From positions 2,356,001 to 2,420,000 of the forward strand of contig OZ361260.1 in the NCBI GenBank assembly GCA_977018835.1: DNA of 64,000 bases, read 5' to 3'. Made by a program: the position numbers and the translations under genes. Below the pieces are notes generated by a model that worked only from the letters and a program-made list of their open reading frames with translations, was not told the origin of the DNA and ran no database searches. Below, piece by piece: positions 20,435 through 32,307 of this stretch; within the stretch, counting starts at the first letter, position 1, and the number at the start of each line of letters is the position of its first letter. This stretch comes from Minutocellus sp. GHC0000111 (lineage: Eukaryota).

Positions 20435-23239
20435 CTAACCATGAATAGGATAACAAATAGTGCAGCATTCACATTCAAAGTCTCCTCCCTTGGGCCCCTT
20501 GTCGTTGCAGTCCGAGGCAAGGTAAACCAAATTGAAGTCGAGCAATTCGCAAATATCTTCCGGCATGGATCCCTCTACATCGGTGTATCCTACATCGAGA
20601 ACGACGAGCTCGGATAGCTTACCAGGCTCCTTGGGAACTTCGCCAGAGAAATTATTCTGAGAAAGGATGAGGATTTCGAGATCTCGTAGCTTCTCAAAGT
20701 CTTTGCTTATGGTACCCTCCATTCGATTTTTGCCCACGTTAAATTGGGTGAGGCCCCGGGCTTCAAATAGCCCGCTTGGAATCTCTCCTTCGATGCGATT
20801 CAGCTCCACATCAAAGAATGTTAGCGAGGAGGTGAAGATGGCACCGGATAACTCTCCTTCGAATCTGTTGTTTCCCAGTTTGAGTATTTCAAGATCGAAC
20901 AAACCACCAATGCCCCGGGGGAGAGTCCCTTCCAAACGATTCGAGGACAAGTCAACCTTGCGCAGTGCGGTCGATTCGATGTACATTTCTTGAGGAATCT
21001 CGCCAGTGAAGGCATTTCCACTCAAATCAATCTCTTCCAGACTCGATGTGAAAACTTCGCCTGGTATCCCCAAGGAGAGTGAATTCCTCGACAGACTGAG
21101 AATCTCGATGTTCGGAGGCCACGACGAAGGAATGCGTCCACTTAGATCGTTTCGCTCCAGATGAAGTTCTTGCAGGCCCGACATTTCTCCAAACTCGGTG
21201 GGAATCTCAGAGGATATACTGTTACGGCTGAGGTTGATGGAGACCAGAGAAGAAATGGCCTTGAATTCTGGTACTAGTTCTCCACCAAGGCCATTGTCCC
21301 TCAGGTCCACCTTGGTGACAAGATCCACGGAATCACAAATGACTCCATACCATTCGCACTCAGAGCTTCCACTGAGGAATCTCTCCTCCTCCTCCGGGCA
21401 GTCACTGCCTCCAGCCTCGGGACCGCAGAGCTTCCAGGTCTGTCGGTCATCGGTCGCAAACACAACTGTAGCGAGGGCGTAGCGTTGGTCGAATTGGGGG
21501 TCAGTAGGCTCCAACCGTTGTGGATCGTCCTCGATCATCCATTCCGTTGCGGCATGCTGGGGTGTAGTCTCGTCAGCAACCACCTCCGCGCCACTGATGC
21601 TGGACGTCTTGGCAATGATTTCTCTTCTTCGAAATTCACCCGACCGGGTAGGCGCGGCAGTTGGAGTTGCGGGCGGAGCTGGTTCCCTCGTCGGTGCTCT
21701 GGTTGGCGACGATGTTGGCTTGGTACCTCCATTGCCGCGAGCAGCGACGGATATAGACGCAATAATGAGAATAGCCACAACGACCCATCCCGCAATGAAG
21801 GCCATCTTGATTCTCTTCCTCTTCTTGATGGCATCGTTGTGTTCCTTCTCAATGTCTTTCCCACCTTGGTAAATCTGGTAATCACTCTCTCCATATCCGC
21901 CCATGTCTTGTGCCTGATTTTCCGACGCGAAGTAGCTCTCTCCGCCATACATGGCCGATGAGCCTCGCATCTCACCATCTTCTACGTCGACCAGCTGGCC
22001 ACTCTCATCGAGACCCCACTCGTCACCACCCTTCAGGAGCTCCTCTCCCTCCTCTCCTTCCATGTCATCGTCGTCTTTATCTTCGTCGTCCTCGTCGTCA
22101 CCATAACCTCCAAGCTGCCCTTCAAAGGGCTGGTCGTAGTCCTCATCATCCTGATTTGACATGACGGCCGCAGTAATGGCCGCCCCACCAATTGCAGCGG
22201 CTGCAACTGCCCTACCGGCATCTCGGCCATCGTCCTCATCCTCCTCATCACTCTCTCCACCGCTGCTACTGCGGCTGTCCTCGTCATCCTCCTCCTCGTC
22301 GACGCGGTCAAACCCATCGCCTCCCGCCGGATCCACCGTCGACGTGCGAGTGGCCTTAGATTGCCGCAGGGCCATCTCGGACCTCATGAGCCACGAATTT
22401 AGATCGTCGTTGGGCATGGCACGGACCGGTGGTTCCGATGCATCGACTGCCGTATCTTCTTCCTCCTCCTCCTCATTGTAGTCGGAACCGGACTTCGTCA
22501 TACCAGCAGCAGCCTCGGCAGCTGCCCGCGCGTCCGCCTCCTCCTCCACGTCGGTGGCTGTGTGAAAGTCCCCGCGCCGGCTGGCGTTGAGGGCCACGCC
22601 GGCCGCCTCGGCGGCGGCCGTGGCGGCCAGCATGGCCTGGAGGGCCTCGGTATCGTCATCGTCGGACGATCCGACGGACGAGCCTCTTCCGGACCGGCTC
22701 CCACCATCACGAGAGCGGCTGTAGCTGGTCCGAGACTGGCTCTCGTAGCTGCCGTCCGAGCGGGAGGCGTCGTTGTCGCGGGAACGGGCATCGTACGAGC
22801 GGTCGTCCCACGGGCCTCCTCCGCCGCCGTGACTGCCACCGTGGCTGCTGGCATCCTCGCCCAGGCTGTCGCGGCGCTGCTGCTGGAGGGGTATGCTGCC
22901 AGAGGACGCGCGTCCAGCAGGCGCAGCCGCAGACGAAGACGGAAGGGGCGGCGTCCCGGCCTTGCTGCTGCGCGACGCGCTCGCGCTCTTGAACGTGGCC
23001 GGAGGCATGTCGTTGTGGAAGTATTCGCTGAGGTTGGACGAGGCGACGGACGGGGCGTCGCCGCCGCCCCTCTCGGAGGAGGCCTGACTGCGCCGCATGT
23101 CCTCGTCTTCGTAGTAGTAGTCGTCGGTGGCGTCGGCGGCGTCTTCGGATTTGAGGGCAGGCGGGTCGTTGCGGCTCCCGCTGTATCGTTGGCCGCCTGG
23201 TCCGCCGGAACGAGACGATCGGCTGGACCTTGTGGACAT
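20435..23239 (-). CDS. Type II single-pass leucine-rich-repeat protein (diatom-type receptor-like protein)
   Basis: Long acidic/Ser-rich cytosolic N-terminus, KKRKR then TM helix, PT linker, QRYALA and CEWYGVIC cap, about 10 plant-type LRRs (LxLxxNxLxGxIP), C-terminal ECECC. Confidence 0.9.
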   Translation of the reverse strand: MSTRSSRSSRSGGPGGQRYSGSRNDPPALKSEDAADATDDYYYEDEDMRRSQASSERGGGDAPSVASSNLSEYFHNDMPPATFKSASASRSSKAGTPPLPSSSAAAPAGRASSGSIPLQQQRRDSLGEDASSHGGSHGGGGGPWDDRSYDARSRDNDASRSDGSYESQSRTSYSRSRDGGSRSGRGSSVGSSDDDDTEALQAMLAATAAAEAAGVALNASRRGDFHTATDVEEEADARAAAEAAAGMTKSGSDYNEEEEEEDTAVDASEPPVRAMPNDDLNSWLMRSEMALRQSKATRTSTVDPAGGDGFDRVDEEEDDEDSRSSSGGESDEEDEDDGRDAGRAVAAAAIGGAAITAAVMSNQDDEDYDQPFEGQLGGYGDDEDDEDKDDDDMEGEEGEELLKGGDEWGLDESGQLVDVEDGEMRGSSAMYGGESYFASENQAQDMGGYGESDYQIYQGGKDIEKEHNDAIKKRKRIKMAFIAGWVVVAILIIASISVAARGNGGTKPTSSPTRAPTREPAPPATPTAAPTRSGEFRRREIIAKTSSISGAEVVADETTPQHAATEWMIEDDPQRLEPTDPQFDQRYALATVVFATDDRQTWKLCGPEAGGSDCPEEEERFLSGSSECEWYGVICDSVDLVTKVDLRDNGLGGELVPEFKAISSLVSINLSRNSISSEIPTEFGEMSGLQELHLERNDLSGRIPSSWPPNIEILSLSRNSLSLGIPGEVFTSSLEEIDLSGNAFTGEIPQEMYIESTALRKVDLSSNRLEGTLPRGIGGLFDLEILKLGNNRFEGELSGAIFTSSLTFFDVELNRIEGEIPSGLFEARGLTQFNVGKNRMEGTISKDFEKLRDLEILILSQNNFSGEVPKEPGKLSELVVLDVGYTDVEGSMPEDICELLDFNLVYLASDCNDKGPKGGDFECECCTICYPIHG

Positions 23240-23860
23240 TGTGACGAAGCAGCCGAGGAGATGGAGGTCAGGTCAAGGTGTCAAGTGTGGAGGGCTCTTA
23301 TTTATTTGAATTGCTCGGCCACGATGCAGACGAAGGGTGTGCGTTGAGATCTGGTCCCAAAGTTTCACTTCCAGCACAACAATATTTGTTCTTTGGTGTT
23401 GCGGTTTGTGGAATCGTGCCAAAATCTCAAATGTTTGTGCAACACGCTGGCTGGAGATAATTCAAATCGAATCGGCACGAGATATGCCACAAATAAGGAA
23501 AGACGAATGAAAGGTGGCTCAATCGAGGACACGATATGCACATGCAACTGCTATGGCTCATTGAGGAAGGCCGGCAAGCCGGGATGGCGCAAAGCAAATC
23601 GTCCTCGATCTCGCTCGATGCGTTGAAAGCACGTCATGGTGCTCCTCGCTGCAGATTGGTGCTGCCGGCTCGTGCTTCACTCACGAGCAGTCGAGTCGAG
23701 TGAGTCGAGAAATCCACTTACTTATGCCCCCGGCGCCCAACGCTGTCGCTTGGCTTAAGCGCGAGGATGGCATCATGCCAATGTGTCGCATCCTCTGGCC
23801 ATCATTGTCGAGGATTAAAGAATCCCCGCCCGAAAAGAGCAATCATGCCAAAGAAACACC

Positions 23861-25175
23861 ATGAAAGCTGCGACCTGGGCTTTCCTTGGATACGCAATTG
23901 CTAGTTTAGTAGCAGGTTCTTTCGCGCTGCTGATCAGCAGAAGATGGATGGAATCGAGAATTGCCGCATCTTTGATCTTAACCAGGCATAGAATAAGACC
24001 GACGCGTACCGCCGCATGCATGGCCGGGGCCAACAGTACTGTGGCTACTCCATCACTTCCGCAGCCTCAGCTGTCCACCGTGGCCTCCGAATTCGTGTCA
24101 CTGAGACGATGGATTCACGTCCTTAACTTTGACGAGGGGATTGCCTCGTGGAGAGAAAGCCTCGCAGAGTTGCTGTATTTGGCGCATACGTACAAGGCCA
24201 CCCTCGTCGAGCCCTGCATGAAAAATGGCCGTCTACTGTCCTGCAGCCATCTTCCAAGTAGCGGCAGAGTTCACCTGAGTCAGGTATTGGACTTTCGTCA
24301 TCTTCAGAATGCTTACGGTTCTATCATCATAGCGTCCCACAGACTATTCGATAAGGAAGTCAATGACTCGAATTTCACGGCAAGTGTGTATAGTACATGT
24401 TTCGCATCCAACGCCCAAAAGCAGTCCCTGTGCGACAATAGCACGCTTATGACGGCATTTTCAACTGGGTCGACTACGAAGATAGGCCGGCCATTGTGAG
24501 CTGGGCAAGCGACAATCCATTCGGCGACGAAGCCGAAAGCCGCCGAGTTGCGATCCTTGAGGTCAGCTCGGTGAGAAAGTGGCGTCTCAGTCGATGGATC
24601 CCCATAAATGACTTCTTTTTTTCCACCAACATCATTGGGATTTGGTAACCTGCACTCTTGAACAACAGCTGCCGATTTCAGGGAAGGGATTTTCCGTCAT
24701 TCATTGGAGAGGAGAAAAAAAGGATATGAACTACACAGTTTGTGCAGAATACATTCTGGAAGCACTTGGCATGTTGAAAAATGAACACAAGCGGCGCACG
24801 CATCCCTTTTTTCTCATGTCTTCCTTGAAGGTGGAGAGGGAGAGAATGTGGGGAGGAGCAAAAACTTTGGCAAACTTAGCGGGAGAAGACCCCCCAAAGG
24901 CTTTGGAGATGTTGCTTCACAACAAGACGATGTTTTCACTAGAATTGCTCCTCGAAAATGCCGGCATTGTCCCAGCTGACTCAGGGCTCCTAGCGGTTTG
25001 GGATCTGATTCTTGTTGCAAAATCAACAGAGTTCAGTACCTGTTCGCGAGGATGCGATCAGAGATGCTTGGCATGTAATCACGTGGGAAACTTTGCTAGA
25101 ATGGCCATGCAGTATTATGGCAGCAGAAAAAGGAGTCGGCTTTACGAATGTTGGCCTAGATCTATAACTTCGTGA
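23861..25175 (+). CDS. Type II membrane O-fucosyltransferase-like glycosyltransferase, two apparent 1-nt deletions
   Basis: N-terminal signal anchor, EGIASW..LVEP..NGRL, IHWRGE, DLIL...F..C motifs. Three successive frames are joined if one T is added at each of 24458-24461 and 24616-24622. Confidence 0.6.
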
Positions 25176-25313
25176 GGTTTTCCTTTTTTCCTAGCTAGAA
25201 TAAAGTGCTTTAAGTAGTCCATGCACGGCAGTTTTTTGACCGTACGAACTCGTACGTCGTTAAAATGAATACAAAATGCTACTAAATCGAGACTTCTACT
25301 ATGCATGCACAAT

Positions 25314-27377
25314 CTAACTTATAACTGGTTCGCCACTGGCAGCACCGTCACCACCGCCAGTAGCGGGCTTGGGATCAACAGACTTATCGGCTTGTCCAAC
25401 TGGCATGTTGCCCAGGTATCCGTTGATGTAGCCCACCAGCTCAATGGCAATGGAATCAAAGTCCCAGTCAGGGCCACTGTACTTGTCACGGACGTACTCT
25501 AACTCCGTTCTCATCAGGTCTACCTCCGCCGTGGTGTAGTGCTTGTTGAATTTCTGAGGACTGTGAGCGTCGCGGTAGTACATGCCCTTGGTATCAAACT
25601 CACCGGACTTGGTCATTGTCTCGGAGTACAGGCAGCTCCACGCATCTTGCGGAATTAAATTGATTCCCGTCTTCCCAAGCATTGTGTTGGCAAGCTTGGC
25701 CATCTCGGCGGGCCCGTGGGAAGGATCGTTGAGCTTCTCGTACGAGACGATGGCGACGGGTTTACAGCCGCTTGTCACGCTGCCATCGGTGCACTTGGGG
25801 AACACTTCGGGGACCGTCATGAACTGCTCCTCAAGGATAGGTTTGTATACAGGCTCGTAGAGCGGAGGATACACCAATGGATCTGTATTATGTGAAATTT
25901 AGTGATTGCGAGTATGCAAAGAAGATGAATGAGAATCAATTTCTTCGATACTTTGGGGGGGAATGATTGATACTGTCATACTTACAGGTCTTCTTGTAAA
26001 CATCCTGATATATCGGCTCGTAGACAGGTACTTGAATGGTCTCGTTGGTCACAACAGTGCCATTTTCGTCATAAGTCACGTTGAAGGCATCCTCCATGTA
26101 GAGAACTGTGTCGTAGTCGTATCCTACGAGCTCTGTACCCACAACCACATTCGTGTCCATTCCGTTAGAAGGCTGGGAGGTGTCTTCGTACTGAGGTTGG
26201 CTCGTGTCGTCACCGATGACGACGTTGGTATTGACTCCGATTTGGTTGTTATAGTCGTAGCCAATGATCTTGTACTGCTTGGGGTTGTACGACTGTTGGG
26301 TCGTACGGACGAGCTCGTGCTCCTTGTTGCGAGACCATCCTTCCTCCATCCAAAAGTCGATGAACCAGGACCAAAGCTTCATCTCCTGGGTGAAGCCACC
26401 GTCCTGCTTCCACCAGTAGAAATGCTCCATGGGACCCTCGATGGAGTAAGTGTTCTCTTTCTGGGCGTGTGACTCTGCCCAGTTGGAAGAGTAGGCCAGC
26501 TCGTAGCGGACGTCACGGTAGGAACGGATGGCATCCGCGGGATGGCGAAGCATGAGGACAGCTGCGAAGATGGAAGGAAGAAGATGATAAATACATGACG
26601 GAAGATAAATCGAGACATATGTGGTTAGCAATGAATCAATCCATGCGAAGAATATCGGTGCACATGAAGGTAGGGCCGATCCGAAGAACAAATGTGGTAT
26701 CGCAATGAAATTGACTTACTCTGATCCATCTCGTTGCCCCAAAGCCAGACTGACGACTCGTGCTGGGGGAAGCTCCCCTTCATGAAGGCAACGTTGTAGT
26801 TGTTGAGACTGTGGTTCCAATCATCACTGCTGACGGCACCGGTGAGGGCCTCCATCAGCTGCCACGCCAATCGCTTGCCGGTTCCGGGGAAGCCCACGAC
26901 GAAGGTAGAGAACACATCGCTCGTGATGGTTTCACCGGGCTCCCACTCGCACGTCGTCCCATCCCAAGTGCTGAGGGCGCGGCTGGTGCTGCTGGTGTTG
27001 TCGCGGAATTCCGCCTCGGTCTTGTGCATGTCCGTTCCAAGACGGAAGGCCGGCATGGCCTCGCTCAGGACCTGGGCCTTCTCGAACGGGGAACGCTCGG
27101 TACCGTCGGAGGAGGTATGGACGGACTCTTCAATCGATACGGCCAGATTGCGGAATACATCGCCGGCAGCAGCAGAGGAGAACGAGGAGAACAGTCCGCT
27201 TCCCGTCTCGGGGATGGCCAGATATCCGCAGCACATCATACACACGGCCAGCAATTGAGTGGCGGTCTTCTTCCTTCGACGGAAGGAGGGCCCATTATTG
27301 TTTTTATTGTTGTCCGAGAGAGAATTCTCGTCGAAGCCGACGCCTCCCATCGGCAGAGACAATCGACGGACCGGCAT
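25314..27377 (-). CDS. Membrane-anchored sulfotransferase-like (WSCD-type P-loop) protein, 3 exons
   Basis: 5'-PSB-like GFPGTGKRL, 3'-PB-like VLMLRHPADAIRSY, IVSYEKL, N-terminal TM. Introns 26562-26719 and 25883-25985 keep the frame. Start codon uncertain (27413/27377/27350). Confidence 0.72.
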
Positions 27378-27657
27378 CCTGGAATCGAATCTGCTGGGAA
27401 ATGTGAAATGCAATCAAGGGAACGGCAATCGTTCTGATGTTGTGGTTGGAAGAAAATCTCCAGATCAGGAGCAAGCTGAGTTGTAATGTATGCTCGATTT
27501 GAAGAAGAGTCTTTTATTTGAGTATGGCCCGGAAGAATCAACGGGGATGTTGCGGTCCTCCAAGTTGCCGTCATGCCATCTCACTTTTCAATGGCCTCGT
27601 CCCTCTGCTTGGATGACCCCCCTGCGCTGTGTCCTGGCGCGCAAAAAGACTTTGCAA

Positions 27658-28142
27658 CAGGGTTGTCTACCCGAGGAGATACCCACACCCGAATGGGTGT
27701 CGGGTGCCGGTTTTTGCCGGGTGGGCCCACCCGACCAACGCATGGCGATGGGTGACACCCACCCGACACCCATCGTTACAGACGTGTGGATGGGTGGCTA
27801 GATGGGTGTGAAAATTGCCTCATCTCGAGGCCAAATTTGCATAATTTTGCACAACAGCCACCACGAACAATGCCAAAATCCCCCGAAAGTGGCCACCAAG
27901 AGCTCAAGGTGCCCCCACCATGGTGAACTTTTAGCAGAAGAACTCGGCTTTGCCAAAGAAAAATCTGAGTTTGAGCCTCTCATGCACCCAAAATCAGATA
28001 CCCATTGCCCATACCCGATAACCGCCACTTCAAGCATGCAAATGGGTGCCTACCCGTCTACCCACACCCATCCAGGATTCTCCTCGGGTAACACCCGACA
28101 CCCACCCACCCATGACAAAAAGTGGTCGGGTAGACAACCCTG
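27658..28142. mobile_element. Non-autonomous hAT-family element (485 bp)
   Basis: Perfect 17-bp TIR CAGGGTTGTCTACCCGA. Perfect 8-bp TSD CTTTGCAA at 27650-27657 and 28143-28150. Many ACCCA/ACCCG subterminal motifs. Confidence 0.93.
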
Positions 28143-28210
28143 CTTTGCAACTTTCTTTTTCAAAAGTTCGTCTTGCCATCACCCGTTTCGAGCTCTCACT
28201 CATTTTGGCC

Positions 28211-29706
28211 ATGCTTTTGTCTCTAAGACTAACGATGACGGACTCTTTACCGCCGCGATGCTTCAAGGTGGCCATCGTTGGGGGAGGCATCACCGGTGCC
28301 TGCGCGGCATCGACTCTCCTTCGTCGTCGCGAATCGCACAGCCTCGACATTGAGGTGGATATCTTCGACCAGGGACGGAGAGGACCTGGTGGCAGGGCCT
28401 CCCACCGACGTGCCGAAACGACGAACAACAGCACATGTAGTACCAACCAAACACAAACACAACAAGTGCGTTTCGATCATGGTTGTCAATTCTTCCGCGC
28501 CGATACTCCCAGGTTTCAGGGTCATGTGTCGGAATGGATCCAGGAAGGATTCGTCAAGGAGTGGGACGGTACCTTTGTTGCCGACGACCCTGAGGAGGAA
28601 AGCTCTGCCCAGCGCGACCGTGGCTTCTTCGGGATGCCGCACAGACCACCCTTCTACGTTGGTTCGGATGGGATGAATTCGGTCGTTGAGGGCGTGCCGG
28701 ACAATTGTGGTTGTGATGAAGATGCGCTTTGCGTTCATCGAGGAACGAGGGTGGCCAACATGGAACGCAACCCGAGGACTGGCAGATGGTGTCTGTATGG
28801 GACCAGCGGAGAGATTGCTTTTCATGACACGCCCGAGGAGAAGGTTGCGGTCGCAGCGGCCTCCGACAAAGGACAGACATTGGGTCGAATCCCCAATCGC
28901 GAGTACGATGTTGTCATCCTCACTGACGTCTCGTCGTCTTTCGGCTCGTGGCACCGTGCATCAGCGGGAGTTCCAGAAGACTTTGCCTGTAAAGTTCGCG
29001 AAAGAGGTGGGGCACGAGTTCCGCTCTTCACGGCCATGGTGGCCTTCGAATCTCGTTTGAATGTTTCCTTTGATGCCGTTTCATTTGCAAAGAACGATAC
29101 CATCTGGTTCGCTGCACGATCATCGTCCAAGCCAGGTCTTGCAGTTGATGGGGACGATGATGCATGCGATTGCTGGACCATCGAATCAAATCCGGAATAT
29201 GCCTTGGCAAAGATTGAGGAAACGCCGATGCAGGATGCCAAGACGGGAGCATTCATTCCGCAGTCTCCCTCGTATCTTACCAGTGTTCCTGGGCCTGACC
29301 TGGAGACGCTTTTCGCGATGCAGTTACAGATCCAAATGGTTTTCTCGGTCGAGACGGTGCAGCTGCTTTGGAGAAGGATGAAATGCCGAGGACGTTGTAC
29401 TTGGATGCACAACGATGGGGATCAGCCTTGCCTTGTCACCGAGGCCTGGACACGGAATCACCAACGAGAAAAGTAATATCTGGAGTTGCATACGATGGCG
29501 GGCGAATGTCATTGGCCCCGACCAGAGTCGAGGAATGGATTGGACGGGGAGATGACGATGATGGTGCAAACTTTCTCGCAGACGATGATCTCGGTTTAAT
29601 CCAGGCGGGTGATATGGTCTCGATCTACACTCCGGGCTTTGAAGGGGCTGCTTTGTCGGGCATCGATGCTGCCGAGCATGTACTTAGTTCGCTTGCTAAG
29701 GTTTAG
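28211..29706 (+). CDS. Renalase-like FAD/NAD(P)-dependent oxidoreductase, apparent 1-nt deletion
   Basis: VAIVGGGITG, FDQGR..GGR, FDHGCQFF, YVG..GM, QRWGSALP, AGD, EGAALSG. Frame break at T4 29310-29313. The ORF-track start at 28046 lies inside the hAT element; true start likely 28211 or 28235. Confidence 0.85.
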
Positions 29707-29847
29707 AGTTCATTTCTACTAGACTAGATCTATTCTTCTACATGTACATATGTATCGCGGTTTTCGAGCGAGCATGGGCGTGCTGCCGCCGCCGCGCGGC
29801 TGCTGCCCCAGACTCGTACGTACGTAGCAAGGAACATATGCCACGCC

Positions 29848-30822
29848 GGTCCATTGGTTTTGTGTTGCATTGTGTTGCATACGTACGGCGAAGATAAAAA
29901 ACAGATTATCATTGCAACACAAAATGGCGCCGAAAGTGGCACAACTGCAACACAATTCTTGTTGCCGTCGAATTTTTCGCGTGTTTTGCCCGTGCATTTT
30001 TTCGTGGTCCAGAATTGTGTTGCAGTTGTGCTGCTTCGCTCCATTTTGTGTTGCAGAACATTTCATCTTGGGAGTGTTATGGTCTTGCCTTCGCCCGTCA
30101 TGTCTCGGCGACTCATTCAATGACTCATTCGACTGTGTCTTTTACGTTGGTGCTTGTGTCGCCACCACCAATTCATTTTTTGTCGTTCACGACCGAATGA
30201 CAAGAAGGTGAGATGGTGTGCTTTCTCTGCTGATAACTAGAGTTCCAGAAGTCGGATTTAGACAAATGATGCAGTTTTGGAATCCTCTAATCATGCGCTA
30301 TCACGCACATGATAATCACGCACATGACAAGGCACTTGCTATGTGTCTTTGCTGCTGGAGCGGCGAATCGAGGCATGTTTGGGCCTTTTTCAATATTTGT
30401 TGATTTTTCATCATTTGGGGTCGGTAGGAGAATGTACTTTGTGATGGGTACCAAAGTCGGATTTAGACAAATGCAACATTAAAAAAAAAAATTACTCCAA
30501 AGATGCAAATCGCGATTTCGGGCGAAGTGCCAGTCCGATTGCCGCCGTTCCGCCCATCAAATCGATTAGAAGACACCAAGAGCTTTCCAAAATGCCATCG
30601 TTTGTTAGAAACGGACGAACACAGCAGAAGATGTGCTTGGTACAAAATTGACACCTACCTGCAATCAAGCAAGTCTCAAATGAAGCGACCGACAAAGATG
30701 TGCGGGTCAGCACGCGACAGGGCGCACGTCTGGACGCCGCCCGTGCTGCAACACAGAGTCTGACCGTCGCCCGCCTGCAACACAAACTGCAACACAAAGC
30801 TGCAACACAAATCTGGTGGCTC
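29848..30822. mobile_element. Non-autonomous Mutator/MULE-like element (975 bp)
   Basis: Perfect 9-bp TSD TGCCACGCC (29839-29847, 30823-30831). Imperfect TIR (16/22) with G..C termini. Arrays of TGTGTTGCA / TGCAACACA at both ends. Confidence 0.8.
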
Positions 30823-30941
30823 TGCCACGCCAAACGGCTACGGACCTCCACCACACCACTTCCCGAGAGAGCCCGAAGGAGGCAGCATACCAGCACCGGG
30901 ATAGACACCAGCACGCAAGCCACAAAGCACTAGTGGCCACC

Positions 30942-32030
30942 ATGACTTCCATCGCATCGGCACTGGCCGCTTTGGTCACTGCCAGTCTCCTTTTATTCGC
31001 ATCGGCATTCTCTTCAACAGCCTCATCTCTTGCATCTACCGCAAAAAAGCAACAACCAGTCGGCAACATATTGATTCTTGACCATCTCAACATAAATCAC
31101 GAAAAGGGTCGGCATGACCTCCTCAAGGCATTCTACTTTGACTTCTTGCAGTGCGCCGTCGATCCGCGAAAGGAAGAGAATATTGCCAAGGGGAGCAAAA
31201 CTCTGTGTGCGAATGTTGGTGCTTCGCAGTTCCATTTGCCGGAAGGAAAACCCGATGCGCAAGTGTTTGACGGGCTTATTACGCTGAGCTATCCCAACCT
31301 GGACGGGCTCAGAGAGCGATACGAGGACGAAACCATTCGTTCCATATTGGATGGGACCAAATTCCATGTGGAAGACAATGGAAAGAATGAAATGCTCATC
31401 TCAGATCCCTGGGGAAGCCAATTCAAAATTGTTGCGGAGGAACAAGGCAAGAAAGATGAAAGGGGAGTCCAAAAGGGCGAACCGAGTGAGGGCTTATCCA
31501 TGCCTGATTTGACCGTCTACGTTCCACCGGGGAGTAATTTCGCCGGCATTGGTCGGTTCTACGAACTTGTATTGGGCGCTCCAACCCTGGAATGTGATGA
31601 TGATGCCTATTGTTCTATTTCGGTCGGACCTGGCCAAACACTGACTTTTGCCGCCCACCCCGATGGCTCGGAGGCAAACATTTGCCACGACGATCTGCGG
31701 GACGAGGGTGAGATCGAAGGCAAGCCGCATTATCTGAGCAACTACGGACCTCATATTTCGATGTATGTTTCCGATCTCAGGAAATGCTACAACAAGGCCA
31801 ATGAGCTTGGCTTGTGCTACGTCAACCCACGGTTCAAAAGACGATCCTACACAGTTGAGGAGGCCGTCGATGAATGCATGTTCCGATGTCTGGATATCGT
31901 CGATCCGGACGATGTCGACGCTGGGCCAATACTGAAACTTGAGCACGAGATACGATCTGTTGTCAAGAGAGACGGTTCAAAGTACAAGAGTTGCCCTTTT
32001 GACGACATCCCTGAAGGGTGCGTTGTATAA
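30942..32030 (+). CDS. Glyoxalase/VOC-fold protein, plastid-targeted
   Basis: Signal peptide ending ASA-FSS (ASAFAP-type). LDHLNIN, FY.D.L, QFHLP, DPWG, GPHISMY, LEHEIRS motifs. Confidence 0.75.
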   Translation: MTSIASALAALVTASLLLFASAFSSTASSLASTAKKQQPVGNILILDHLNINHEKGRHDLLKAFYFDFLQCAVDPRKEENIAKGSKTLCANVGASQFHLPEGKPDAQVFDGLITLSYPNLDGLRERYEDETIRSILDGTKFHVEDNGKNEMLISDPWGSQFKIVAEEQGKKDERGVQKGEPSEGLSMPDLTVYVPPGSNFAGIGRFYELVLGAPTLECDDDAYCSISVGPGQTLTFAAHPDGSEANICHDDLRDEGEIEGKPHYLSNYGPHISMYVSDLRKCYNKANELGLCYVNPRFKRRSYTVEEAVDECMFRCLDIVDPDDVDAGPILKLEHEIRSVVKRDGSKYKSCPFDDIPEGCVV

Positions 32031-32307
32031 GTGGAAATGGGTACCGTATGTATGCGCCATCGGCATCGGAGCATTGCGAAATAGGCTTAGCATTACTTTA
32101 GCAGCTAGCGGATTTTCTATTCTTACACGCAACAAATAGGTCTATGTGCTTCTATGCGCGACATGAAAATACATGAGATGATGCAACTGGTTGTGCAGTG
32201 CATGCCAAATATGTACAGGTTGCTTGGCATGCACTTTGCGTTTTAGCGATAGCGATAGCAATAGCGGGTAGCGATTAGCGAGGATGCGGTAGCAGCATTA
32301 CCTCTTT

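Noticed and set aside
27802..28210. ORFs 27802-28353 and the 5' part of 28046-29476
   Set aside because: They lie within the hAT MITE and have no transposase motifs; not credible as independent genes.
32243..32282. Degenerate (TAGCGA)n run
   Set aside because: Short simple repeat between convergent 3' ends with no further structure.
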